DNA from: Vitrella brassicaformis CCMP3155
Taxonomy: Eukaryota > Protista > Chromerida
DNA: 64,000 bases
Assembly: GCA_001179505.1 (NCBI GenBank)
Contig: CDMY01000409.1
Span: 20,845 to 84,844 of the forward strand
Direction of reading: 5' to 3'
The notes under the pieces were generated by a model, which worked only from the letters and a program-made list of their open reading frames with translations, had not been told where the DNA came from and ran no database searches. The stretch's first letter is position 1, and each line of letters begins with the position of its first letter. Below are positions 36,628-47,537 of the stretch, in pieces. The position numbers and the translations under genes were made by a program.

Positions 36628-38321
36628 ATGTCCCTTGCCATCTTCTTCCTGTTGGGCATCGCGTCGGCGCAGCATGACCTGCCTGGGGATGGTGACGCAT
36701 TTCTGCAGTCGACAGCAGATGCAGCTCAGCACGAGACCGACGGCCTGTCCTCTTCGCCCCCTTTCGGCTGCCGGCCAATCCATGCTTCCTCGGCTTCCTT
36801 CCCAACTGCAAGACCGACGCCGACTGTGAGGTCTGCACTGAACCGCCGACAGCAATGGGCACTGGAGGCGACAATGTGCCGTTCAAATGCTTTAACGCCA
36901 GCTTCTCAAGCGACGCCGACACCGTCACCGACGATCCTTGGGTGGCTCTTGTCGAGGCGCTTTTGAGAGTCAAGGGCGGCGTGTCGGCCATCGAGGAGCG
37001 GATTGGCAAGGGCACCGGCAAGGTGTGCCTGCCGGAGCTATATGGCGACGGTGAAGGTCGTATTGCTAGCCCTGTGTCGTCTTTGGCTGCCGGCTTCACG
37101 GCTCTGAGTGTCACTCCCGCCCTGCTTGGGTTGGAAATCGGCCCATGTGTGCCCAACGGGAAGGTCTGCACGGACTTCGGTGCGGAATGCTTTACATCGG
37201 AGTTCTTCTCGCCCGTTCCTGCTGGTTGTCTGTTTCCGCCGGGCACGACAAAGGAGTCGGCCGAGTGTCCTGACTGCGCTAGCTTGGGCGGCAACTGTGC
37301 TTTCAGCAAGACGGTCGTCGAAATCGATGGGCGGAAGAGGGTCTTGTGTCAGTCCCAGGGGTTTGTGGATAAGGACTTCTGTCTGGAGCTGTTCTCTCCT
37401 TGCGATGAGGAAGACATTGGCACGAATGGCGAGTGCTGCGGTGTTGATGCGCTTCCCGATGGCTCAATCTCAGGTGGGTGGGGGGGTGGGGGGGGGGGGG
37501 AGAGGNNNNNNNNNNNNNNNNNNNNNNNNNNNNNNNNNNNNNNNNNNNNNNNNNNNNNNNNNNNNNNNNNNNNNNNNNNNNNNNNNNNNNNNNNNNNNNN
37601 NNNNNNNNNNNNNNNNNNNNNNNNNNNNNNNNNNNNNNNNNNNNNNNNNNNNNNNNNNNNNNNNNNNNNNNNNNNNNNNNNNNNNNNNNNNNNNNNNNNN
37701 NNNNNNNNNNNNNNNNNNNNNNNNNNNNNNNNNNNNNNNNNNNNNNNNNNNNNNNNNNNNNNNNNNNNNNNNNNNNNNNNNNNNNNNNNNNNNNNNNNNN
37801 NNNNNGGGGGGGGGGGGGAGAGGTGAGCCAGCTAGTAGCCAGCTACTACACGGCATGAGCCAAACACAGAGACAAAATGCCGCACACGCGCTCCTCCATG
37901 CCCCCAATGCTCGTGCAATCAGTATCTGTGTATCATGGGTCATGTGTGTGTGTCTGCAGGCAAGCTCATCTGCCAGCGAGCGGGTTATGTGGTGAGGGAC
38001 CTGCTGGAGTGGTGCAACCTCGCCGCCACCGGGGGACCTGCAGACCTCATCTCCGCACCTCTCGCAGAAATAGCCGTCGCTTTCGCTGACAAGATCAGTC
38101 CGCCACTGTGTGCACCACCTGATGGATTCCAGGTCATCGAGTGACAAAGCATGTGCGCATTTCGACTACGTTATGTTTCTCTCTGTTTTTTGCCGCAGGC
38201 CACAAATTGGTTCCCGGGAGGGTCGTCGGTTCTGGGTGGCTTACTGGGTGAGGATGTCATCAAGGCGTGTGGCGATATGCTCAAGCCGCTGGACATCAAC
38301 CTGAAGAACCTGGGCAGTTGA
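36628..38321 (+). CDS. Cys-rich secreted protein, tandem copy B (5' end in gap, internal gap)
   Basis: Paralog of copy A; terminal exons GKLICQRAGYVVRDLLEWC..ADKISPPLC.. and ATNWFPGG..LKNLGS stop at 38319-38321. Confidence 0.65.
37506..37805. other. Assembly gap (300 N)
   Basis: Run of N. Confidence 0.99.
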
Positions 38322-38541
38322 CTGACATGTCGACTTGGGCTGAGCTGATATGCTGTGAATAGACATGTGATTGTCGAAACTTCCCCTTTTTCGGTGGCCA
38401 TGGTGATGCGGCAGCGGCAGAGTGATGCGATGATGTGTATGCCCTGAGACGCTCCCTCGAGTGTGAGCTGCATGTGACACAATGACAGGTATGAGATCAG
38501 TCGAGCAATGTCCACCACACAGCACAGCACACTGTTGGCTC

Positions 38542-40850
38542 TCATGCATTGCTGTCTTTGTCTCCGCCATTGTCCACTTGCAACACATCAGCCTGCCCCT
38601 CTGGCTGCTCTGCCTCCTTCGCATTCGGCACTGACGCCACCATAGACAGACGCCGCAGCCGGTCGGCCGCGAAGGCACTCTGCATATAGCCATCCAGGAG
38701 ACGCACACACGCACATGCAACGACTGTGTGCCCTGCCCTAGTGCACAGCATTACCAGTCTATCGACGTTTAGGGCCTGCTCGAAGAGGGAACGAGCAGCA
38801 CGGAGGTCGCCAGCCCATTCGATGGCGTTGGCTATCGACGACGTGTGTTGAGGGTCTGTGGGGCCGCCATTGGCGGCACGTGTCTGGCCGATGAGCCGAT
38901 AGAACTCACCCAAACCGCACAATGAGTCGGCATCCTAATGGACAGACGACAGACCGACAGACAGGTCTACACGAGAGAGAGTGGGATTCCATTTCTTCCT
39001 TCATTCACCTCACTGTCGACAGCGAGGGATTGCTTGTAGTAATTTCGCGTGTGCACCCGCTGAATGGCCACATTGCTATCTGCACACGGCCAACACACGT
39101 GCTTGCTGCATGACAATGAGACACAGCATTTCCCACCAGGCGGCGTGCTCAGTCTCGTCCCAGAGCTGCTCGATGGCGCCTCGCTCCTCTCCGGCCGCAT
39201 GGCCCGCCTCTCGTGACCAGGGTAAGTCACGATGGTCGGTGCACCCAATCGATGCGCCTCAGCGACCTCTAGCGGAGGGGATATGCTCGATTTCAGTGCA
39301 CGCACATAGGCCAGCAGGTCTTCATCAGACGCCGCCTGCTCATCGGCGGGGCAGGAGGGCATTTCGATGCCGGTGTGGTCTTCTTCTCCTTCTGCAGGGA
39401 CCGAGGCCTCCTGGTCGTCATCGAGAGACACGTTGGGCGGTGGGCTGAGGTCGATGCTGTCGATCAGATTCTTGCCCATGACGGGACTGTTGCCGCCTGG
39501 ACAATGACAATGGAGAGGATAACACATCACAACAGGACATCATGTGTCTCACACGGAGTGCCAGCCCACCGGATTGCGCAGGTGCCGTGCTCAATCCTGT
39601 CCTGTCGACTTCCCGCCCTTCGTCCTTCCCCACGGGCAGCGCCACCGACGCGGCCCTCTCCTCCAGTGAGTCCATCATGTGCAGCCCACCGCTCTCGAAA
39701 CTCAATGCGCCGGAGCCAGCAGTCTTGGCGCGCATCAGCTTGACGAGCACCTTCACCAGGTCCTCGAGGGACCGGAACAGCTCGCTCAGGCCGAACAGCT
39801 TGACGGCGCGCTCTTTCTGCCGAGAAAAAGGGACAGCGAGGGAGGCTGTGCTGTGTGTGATTGCGTGTGCGTGCGGTTGGGTGGGAACTTTGTTGCACTC
39901 GACTGCCTGTCTGTAGGCGGCACGTGCTGCCATGAGGTGGCCGCGGCAGAGGAAATTGTGAGCGATGCCGAGCCAACACAAAGTGGACTGCGTCATACAT
40001 ACACACATACACACATGCGTGTATGACGTAGGGACGCGCAAGGAGTGTGTTCGTCTTGGTTACCTTTGGCTTGACTTGCAGGACACACCGGTAGAGCACG
40101 TCACTCGACAGCCAGCGACCCCGCCGCTCCCTGGCAGCCAGAAAAAGAAAAAAAGATGGCAGTCGTGCAGGGGAGGATATGTGTGTGCTCACCTGTAATA
40201 CTCGGCAGAGAGGAAGAACGTCTCGATTGCAGTCGGCTGTGGACAACAGGTCAAACAGAAAATCATGCTCGCTGCGTCATGCACGAGACATCACTGCACC
40301 TACATTGCTGGCGACGTAGGTCGCTGCCTCTCGATAAGGCATCTCCTCAAGCAGACCTGAGCACACCACCAGCAGCCACAATGCACCAGAGGCGTGACTC
40401 ACTTCGCATTGGCTCACCGTCGATCGACGCCTGGGACGAGAAGTCACTCAGACCTCTCAAGACCACCCCACCTGACACACAATCCGGACCCAGGACCGAC
40501 ATCTCGAGACATGGAGTCCGGCTGCCCTCACCTTCGGCCCCGGCTCCCTCTCTCTTCACCTCCTTGCCCTCGTCTGCAGCCGGTTGCCCCTCCTGCTTGC
40601 CTTTGGCAACCGCAATGGAAGTTCTCGGATTGAAGGTCCCGATAGGGGCGCTGCTCATGGGCTCGCTCAGCTGCAGCTCACCCATGAGGGACGGCCGCAC
40701 CCTGGGTGACTCGGTCTGCTGAGGCACTTCCTCGGGGATGGGCAGTGTCTGCAGCGACAGTCGCATCGATGAGCTGGGCGACTCGCGAGGGGGGACATCA
40801 CGCCCAGGGGGTGTTGCGGGGGGAGGGCTACATGGGACGCCAGACAGACC

Positions 40851-40885
<35 letters not shown>

Positions 40886-42857
40886 CGACAGACCGACACA
40901 TGGTAAATGACAAGCATACACATTATGCACCACAAGTCGGCGTACGCAGGCAGAGGGACTTTGGGTGCAGGGCCCGATGCCTTGAGGACGGGCAGCTGTG
41001 TGGGCAGGGAAGCAGGCGCAGCTCTCGGAGACACGACAGATCCCCTGGGCGAACTCTTCCTTGATGTGGGGCTGGCCGCGTGATCAGTGGAGGGCGGGGC
41101 CTCCTGCTGAGATGAGATGGATGCGCGCTGGGACTTGGGTGAGGGTGTGCGCTTCACCCGCTCCTTAGACGTGTCGGTGGTGGGGAGGTCTTCATCGATC
41201 ATCCACATGGCACGGTACTGTGTCGTGCCCCAATAGTAGACACCTCCATTCTTCAACAGGCTGCGACACAACGGGAGATGACGACTTGGAGACATGCAAT
41301 GGTTGCTCTGCCTAACCTTTCGGCGCTTTGTTTGCACATTATCTGGTGCATCTCTGGCATGAGGACCGTAGTCCCCCTCAATCTCACCTCGTCAGCAGCA
41401 GGCCCGCCCGCCTGGTCACCTTCTCCTTCATGAGAAGCTTCGCGGTCGAGTGCAGCTGCCACAGAGACGACACACTCCCGAAGTGACGGAGGGAGGGAAG
41501 GGGCGGGGTCCTGCAGACAAGAAAAAGTGCATGTCTCTCTTCGCGCAGGCGCCTGCTCGTGTGTGGGTGGACCACAAGAGTGAGCACAGTAGGGCTTTCA
41601 AGCAGGTCATCAACAGTCGGGCGAGACGAGGGCAGTGGACTCAGCATCTGACGAGGCAACCCAGAACAAATGTGCGCATCTAGGTGTGGCTGCAGAAGCA
41701 TATCTAGATGGGCTTCACCGTGCAGATGAGCTCGAGGAAGTCCGTTTGGGGCGGCGGTGCACCAATCGCTTCGAGACGCGACAAAACGAACTGTGGCACC
41801 CCGTCGGGGGAAAGCCGCAGCACGTCCGCCTGCACCCACATACACAAGCACCGCCGTGCACATGCATCAGCAAAGCAGTCCCAGCCACGCTAACCGGATC
41901 CCCGATGAACTCCGAATGAGGCGTGAGCGTCGCCATCTCGAGCAGACACATACCCAGAGCAAAGACGTCATCCAAGGGCTGCACACCAAAGTGGTCCGGT
42001 GTCTCCTTCATTGCCGCCAGCCGCTGTCGGGGGTAGAACGGGGAGTGCGGCATGTGGGCATTCTCATGGTCGGAAGGCAGCGTGTTGACGTGAGCGTCAC
42101 CGATCTTGATCGCGGGAGCTGTGCGGCCGCCCTTGCCAGTGGGGGCCTTCAAGAACATGTTGTTCAGCTGCAGATTGCCATGAACGAAACCTGCGAGCAA
42201 AGGAGGCATCATCGTGTGGACAGCCTCTGTGTGATAAACAGTGACCTTGGTGATGGATTGTCTGCAGTGTCTGCAGCAGGGTGGCGGCGAACTGATGCAG
42301 CTGGCCAGGAGAAAAATAGGCAGGCGGGTCGAGGGCGCGGCGACGAAGGATCTCGTGCTCGAAGCTTGTGTCCATCAGCTCCTCTGACACACATACAAAC
42401 ACACAAGCAGCCGCAGCCGTGTCTCGTTGTCCGTGGGCCATTTCTGTTTCCATTTTAGCCTACCCACGACGCAGCAGCGGAACTTGCTTCCCTGTGTACA
42501 CTCCTCAATGAAGCACACATTGGCGAGTATCGTCACCTTGCCCGACTCTTTGGCTTTGAATTCCTTCATCCACTCTGCTTGCCCCACAAACTCCCCGAGC
42601 ACCCTCTCCGCCTCTTCCAGCGTGTCGAGGGCCACCCTTTTCAGTGCCAAGTGTGGTTTCTGCTCACTGCCAGAGGTGGACAAGCTGGCGCTGAGTCGTC
42701 TGGCTGGCGTCACACACAGGACGTCCTGAAACACGGGAACACACACGAGGGGAGGGGGTGATATGTTTCTCGTGTTTTCTCATTCTTTCCTGCTCACCCC
42801 GTAGCCCCAGCATGCGTCCCGGCTCCCCAGCTTTCGTACGACTTCCCAACGCTCCAT
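38542..42857 (-). CDS. Pseudokinase with low-complexity linker and TPR-like C-terminal repeats
   Basis: MERWEVVRKLGSRDACWGYG|DVLCV.., HLALKRV, FVHGNLQLNN (catalytic Asp absent), IKIGDAH, DDVFALGMCLLEMATL, MLSPLPSSRPTVDDLLESP; later helical repeats GHLMAARAAYRQAVECN and GDLRAARSLFEQALNVD. Confidence 0.7.
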
Positions 42858-43051
42858 CTTTCTGTCCCCCGCTCAGCCACACCGATCGCGAGCTGCGAGC
42901 TGAGAGTGAGTCTGAGAGACCTCATTGGCATACATATTCCTTTTCTAGCCTATTCTGCAGCCAGCCACAGTGCCTGGCGGCCTCGTGCGAAGAGGGCGGC
43001 TGATCTCCCCAAACGCCTCGTACGGTGGTTGCTCGAAGGTAGATTGTAGAC

Positions 43052-44973
43052 ATGGGCCTGCCGGAGCATCTCTTCGAGGCCCATGCGTCCCCAGGTGGAG
43101 CAGCCATCCTCAAGCAGGTGAATCGGTCACAGATCTGTCTTGCATGTGGCTTGACGAGGCTGATCTGGCTCCTGCATGCCTTGATGGTGTGGTGTGCTGG
43201 CAGTTTGAGTGTTCGGGTGAGTCAGTCGGCAGAGCGATATGACAGACCTGACGGGGAGTGGGCGCACCAGACTCACGATTTCGCGATGCCCTCCTGCTGT
43301 GTGTCGTGTTGGTGTTTTGCTTGCAGTGTGTCTCGACATCGTCAGGGACCCTGTCATCACGACTGAATGCGCACACATCTTCTGCAGGGGTACAGTGGGT
43401 GGGAATGCCGCACGCACAACACACAGCTCATTGCGTGCGTGCGTGCGTGTGTGTGTGTGTGTGTGAGTGCTTGCAGATTGCTTCGGGACGATGGACACGT
43501 GCCCACTCTGCCGCCAGGACACCGATATGCACCCGCTCAAGGGTCAGCAACACACAGGCCTGCCTGCCTGCCCACACCACACACATGGGTGATTGGGTGC
43601 TGTGTGTGTTGGTTTCATTCGCTCAGATACCAATTCCGGCCGTGCCCTCTGGCGGGTGCTGTGCTGCCTCAAGATGCGATGCCCCAAGAGCGACGACTGG
43701 CAGAACCACCCCTGTGCGTGGGTGGGTGAGTACGCCGACCTCGAGAAGCACATGGCCGAGTCATGCGTCCAGCAGCATCCCCTCTGTCCCCAGTGCAGGG
43801 CACAGGTACACACACACACACACACACATCAAATGCATACTCTTTTGGCTCTCTGTCTCTCTCTCTTTCTGGATCTGTGTGTGCGTCAGGAGTCGGTGAT
43901 TGCGGCCTTCAAGGAGGAGATGGAGGCCAAGTTTGCTGCCGTGACGGCAAAGCTGGACCACTTGGGCGCCTGTATCATGCACCATGCCGAAGTTACGCGG
44001 CACACGAGCGCTTCGATGATGCACACGACCCAGTAAGCAAGCAAGACAAGACGCGCAGCCGTCCATTCCATGGGCATGCACAGTGAGTGAGTGATGGTGT
44101 GTGCTCGATCGATCCACTCAGGCAAGTGGCGATGCCAATATTTCACAGGCTGGACCTGATGGCGAGCAAGTTGGACGTGGTCGACACCATGGTCAACGTC
44201 GCACTGGAGCGCACCAGTGCTGCCGTTGTCCAAGTGGCCGAGTGAGCGAGAAAGGCACACACGTGGCTGTGCGTAGCGAGTCACACATGGATTACAAGTG
44301 TCGGTTGATCGACTCAAACCTGCAGGCAACTCGCGACCAAGACGGCGCGCAAGTATAAGTTCTGCATCGAAAATGGAAACAGCAACGACGTAAGGACAAC
44401 CAACACCCACCCACACAGGCAGGCAGGCAGGGAGGCGGGCAATGGCGACCTCTGACGTGTGGTGCGTTTGTATGTGTGTGGGTGGCAGCTGACGCGTGGC
44501 CAGCACGACATCACTTTGGGCCACATCGAGCTGGGCACCTCACCCAACAACCTCAACCTCAAGGTCGACCTCACCATCGACAAGGACAACGACTTCGATG
44601 TCTACCTGTACCTCAGCACGGAGCAGGGCACGCCACAAAACAACACAACACAGCACATCATGCGCCTCTCTCGTCATTCTCGACATCATCGTGTGCAGGT
44701 GAGGGAGACGTCCAGGCGGTGATATCGGCCGAGCCGCGGTGCTTCGCGCCCGTCAAGGATACCCGCGTGCTGGACTGCACCCCCCAGGGCGTCCGCCTGT
44801 GCAACCGCCGCGACCTGACCTTTACCGAGGACGATGAGCTGTGGTTGACGGTGGAGGTGCGGTCTGCGGTGGTGCTGCGGACGGTGCGGGAGAACAAGAA
44901 GAGCAGGGGCAAGTTCGAGGTGGGCCAGGAGATAGTGGGCGGCCAGCGCGGCCGCCACGGCAACCGGCACTAG
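43052..44973 (+). CDS. TRAF-like protein (C3HC4 RING, TRAF-type zinc finger, coiled coil, MATH-like domain)
   Basis: Spliced [63 protein letters not shown]; coiled coil; beta-rich C-terminus ..DFDVYLYL..DLTFTEDDELWLTVEV. Confidence 0.75.
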
Positions 44974-46025
44974 CAGGACCAACATGCCCTGCCGCCACTA
45001 TGTAGCCATCTAGCGAAGGAGGCAGGCAGCCAGCCTATTAGCATGAGATAGATGACCCGCTCACACGGATGCACTGTAGGCTGGCAGGGAGGCATCCGTG
45101 AGATCGACCGGCCGTTTTGGTCATCATCGACTAGTGGGGCTGATGGCGGGATTCGTGTCGTGTGTGCAAGATTGCATCTCATGTGTGACTAAGGGAAGAG
45201 GGGAGGGCCACTGTATACGCTTCACATTACACGGTTTTAACGACCATTGGACGGAGCTCATTTCGGCCATGATGCATTTGATGTGTCTGTAATGAATCCA
45301 TGGGGGCGGGGTGCCTGTTTGTGTGTTGGTGTACTCGTGTGTGTGTATATACAGTCGTGCATGTGTGTGGTGTGGATAGATACGTATCCTCTATCCGTTT
45401 TCGGCCCGCAAGGGTGTGGTGTGCATACTTCTTCCATGTGCAAATGCCTCCACGGCCTTTATGCAAATCATGACTGACTGACAAAGCGACTGATCTTTGT
45501 CTCCATTCCCCGCACCCCCTCCATCAGTCAGCTACGCGCATGGCTGCCTATCCGTCCGTCCGTCTGTCCGTCCGTCTGTCTGTCTGTCTGTCCGTCTGTC
45601 TGTCTGTCGTCTGTCTTCCTCTGTGTATGCGCGACTAGCTTGGCGCGTGAGCTGCTGATGGTCACGTGGGCATAGTGATGGGGGGCTGGGCATGGCACAC
45701 ATTCATCTGGTAGCAAGGGACGCTTCTCCATAGGAACTGAAAGCTGTTGAGTCGTTCGATCCACATTCATAAACGATATGCTGCGTATCCACATCGCTCC
45801 ATCACTCCGCAAAAAAAAAAAGAGAAGACGGCCACAACCTCACAGTCACACATACCACACCAGACTAGAAGAGACCAGAGAGACAGAGACGAAAAGAGAA
45901 AGACATGAATAAACCGATCGACCGAAAGTCGGCGAAAAAAGGCGACTAAAGATGAGGATGAGTGAGCACACAGACCTAACTGGCCCACGCGCCAAAAAAG
46001 AGTCACTGTCCGATGACCACGCGTC

Positions 46026-46628
46026 TCAGCTGATATCAGTCAGCCCCGTGACGATGATCTGCTCATTCGACCGCACGACATTTTCCTCTCGCAGCACGCC
46101 CTCGCCCCTCGGCACATACTGACTGTCGTACCCTTCCTCTCGCCATTTCCTGCAGCTGCAGAACCACGTGTGGCCACCACTGCAACCACTGGCGTCGTGT
46201 GTCTTGCACTTGCCCATGTCAACGGCGAGCGTCAGCACCGTACCCTTACGATGGTGGCGGGCGAATGCAGTCGCCTTGCTGTAGTCGCGCGTGACGTAGA
46301 TGCCGGGGCCGAACATGCCGTCCCTGGACGGCCGGAAGCCGTTGCGTCTGATGGACTCAGCATTCGATTTTGACGTTCCATGATAGCTGAAGACAAGACA
46401 CGCACACACAGGGGACAGCTGAATGCATGAATGCCGTGAATGTGTTTGTGCGTGATCTGAGTGCCTGCCCACCAAGTGTAAGAGTTGGCCAGCCCAGTGC
46501 CATTGTGTGCCACCGAGTAAGAGTCTGGCCTTCCTGCCGCTCCCCTTGCAGTTGAAGCATGATCGCCTCTTTGTGAGATAGGCGAATAGGTCGCCCGCAG
46601 CCAACGCACCAAAGATCCAACCCCACAT
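46026..46628 (-). CDS. Gig2-like / PARP-fold ADP-ribosyltransferase with hydrophobic N-terminus
   Basis: YHGTSKSNAESIRRNGFRPSRDGMFGPGIYVTRDYSKA..GYDSQYVPRGEGVLREENVV (H-Y-E triad); N-terminal MWGWIFGALAAGDLFAYL and one CFNCKGSG motif; intron boundaries unresolved. Confidence 0.8.
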   Translation of the reverse strand: MWGWIFGALAAGDLFAYLTKRRSCFNCKGSGRKARLLLGGTQWHWAGQLLHLVGRHSDHAQTHSRHSCIQLSPVCACLVFSYHGTSKSNAESIRRNGFRPSRDGMFGPGIYVTRDYSKATAFARHHRKGTVLTLAVDMGKCKTHDASGCSGGHTWFCSCRKWREEGYDSQYVPRGEGVLREENVVRSNEQIIVTGLTDIS

Positions 46629-46660
46629 GAGCCAGGTGACCTTCTCCTGTCTCCGCTGGT

Positions 46661-46711
46661 CCACTATTCCTGCTGCAGGAATAGTGGTGATAGCAGTAGG
46701 AATAGTGGTGA
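46661..46711. promoter_or_regulatory. Perfect 13-bp inverted repeat plus direct repeat between divergent ORFs
   Basis: ccactattcctgc-t-gcaggaatagtgg (46661-46687); aggaatagtggtga repeated a few bases downstream. Confidence 0.5.
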
Positions 46712-46731
46712 CACATCACAAACTGATCAGT

Positions 46732-46980
46732 ATGTCAGCTCCCCCGCGCCAGTATGCCTGCTGCATCTGCTTCGACTCTTTCTGCCAGAAGGACATGTGC
46801 TTCCATTCATCGCTGTTCCGTGCCCCTCACGGCACGTGCAAGCCGTGTATGGGTCAGTACGTAAGACGCGCATCGATGACGGCCAAGTGGAGCCCATCAA
46901 GTGCCCAGCAGATGGCTGCACGAGGTTGCTATCGGAGGCACAGGTCAAGAAACTCGTCGATGAGGCGACTTTCGCGCGAT
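46732..46980 (+). pseudogene. RBR E3 ligase RING1 fragment with frameshift(s)
   Basis: CCICFDSF..PHGTCKPCMGQYV then a frame change (~46862) to KTRIDDGQVEPIKCPADGCTRLLSEAQVKKLVDEATFAR; no IBR/RING2 follows. Confidence 0.7.
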
Positions 46981-47213
46981 CCACTACCCGACGAGGTGCG
47001 GCGAAAAGCTGGTGCTTCGGCTGGCAAGCTGGCCCTACCAGTCAGAAAGCTGGACAGACACTCAGAAAGCCAGCCAGCGCCACGGAAAGCCAGCTTTGCA
47101 GTGCAGAAGGCCAGCCTTCCAGGCGGAAAGCTGACGCAAAAATGGCGGTTTTGGACAGGCTTTTGAGCCTGATGAGTGCTCAAAAGTGGTGCTCCGTGAG
47201 CAACGTATGCTCC

Positions 47214-47245
<32 letters not shown>

Positions 47246-47537
47246 GGACGACTCCTGTGATGGACATACACGTTGCAAGCAGCCCATCAGCAAACATAGA
47301 TTCGATCTTATAATGTATTTATTGTACACACGCGCAGAGGTCCCGGTACACGCACACGTACACTCATGATGGAAACAAAGACGTTGCCATCTGGCATTCT
47401 CACTCTCACTGCTCACGGCACGTGATGGACACCTAGGTTTGCACACCACTGATCGATATCGACGCATGCGCACTGCACATGTGACCCGCCATGGCAGTCC
47501 TCTCTACACCTGTCTGTCTGTCTGTCTGTCGGTTCAT

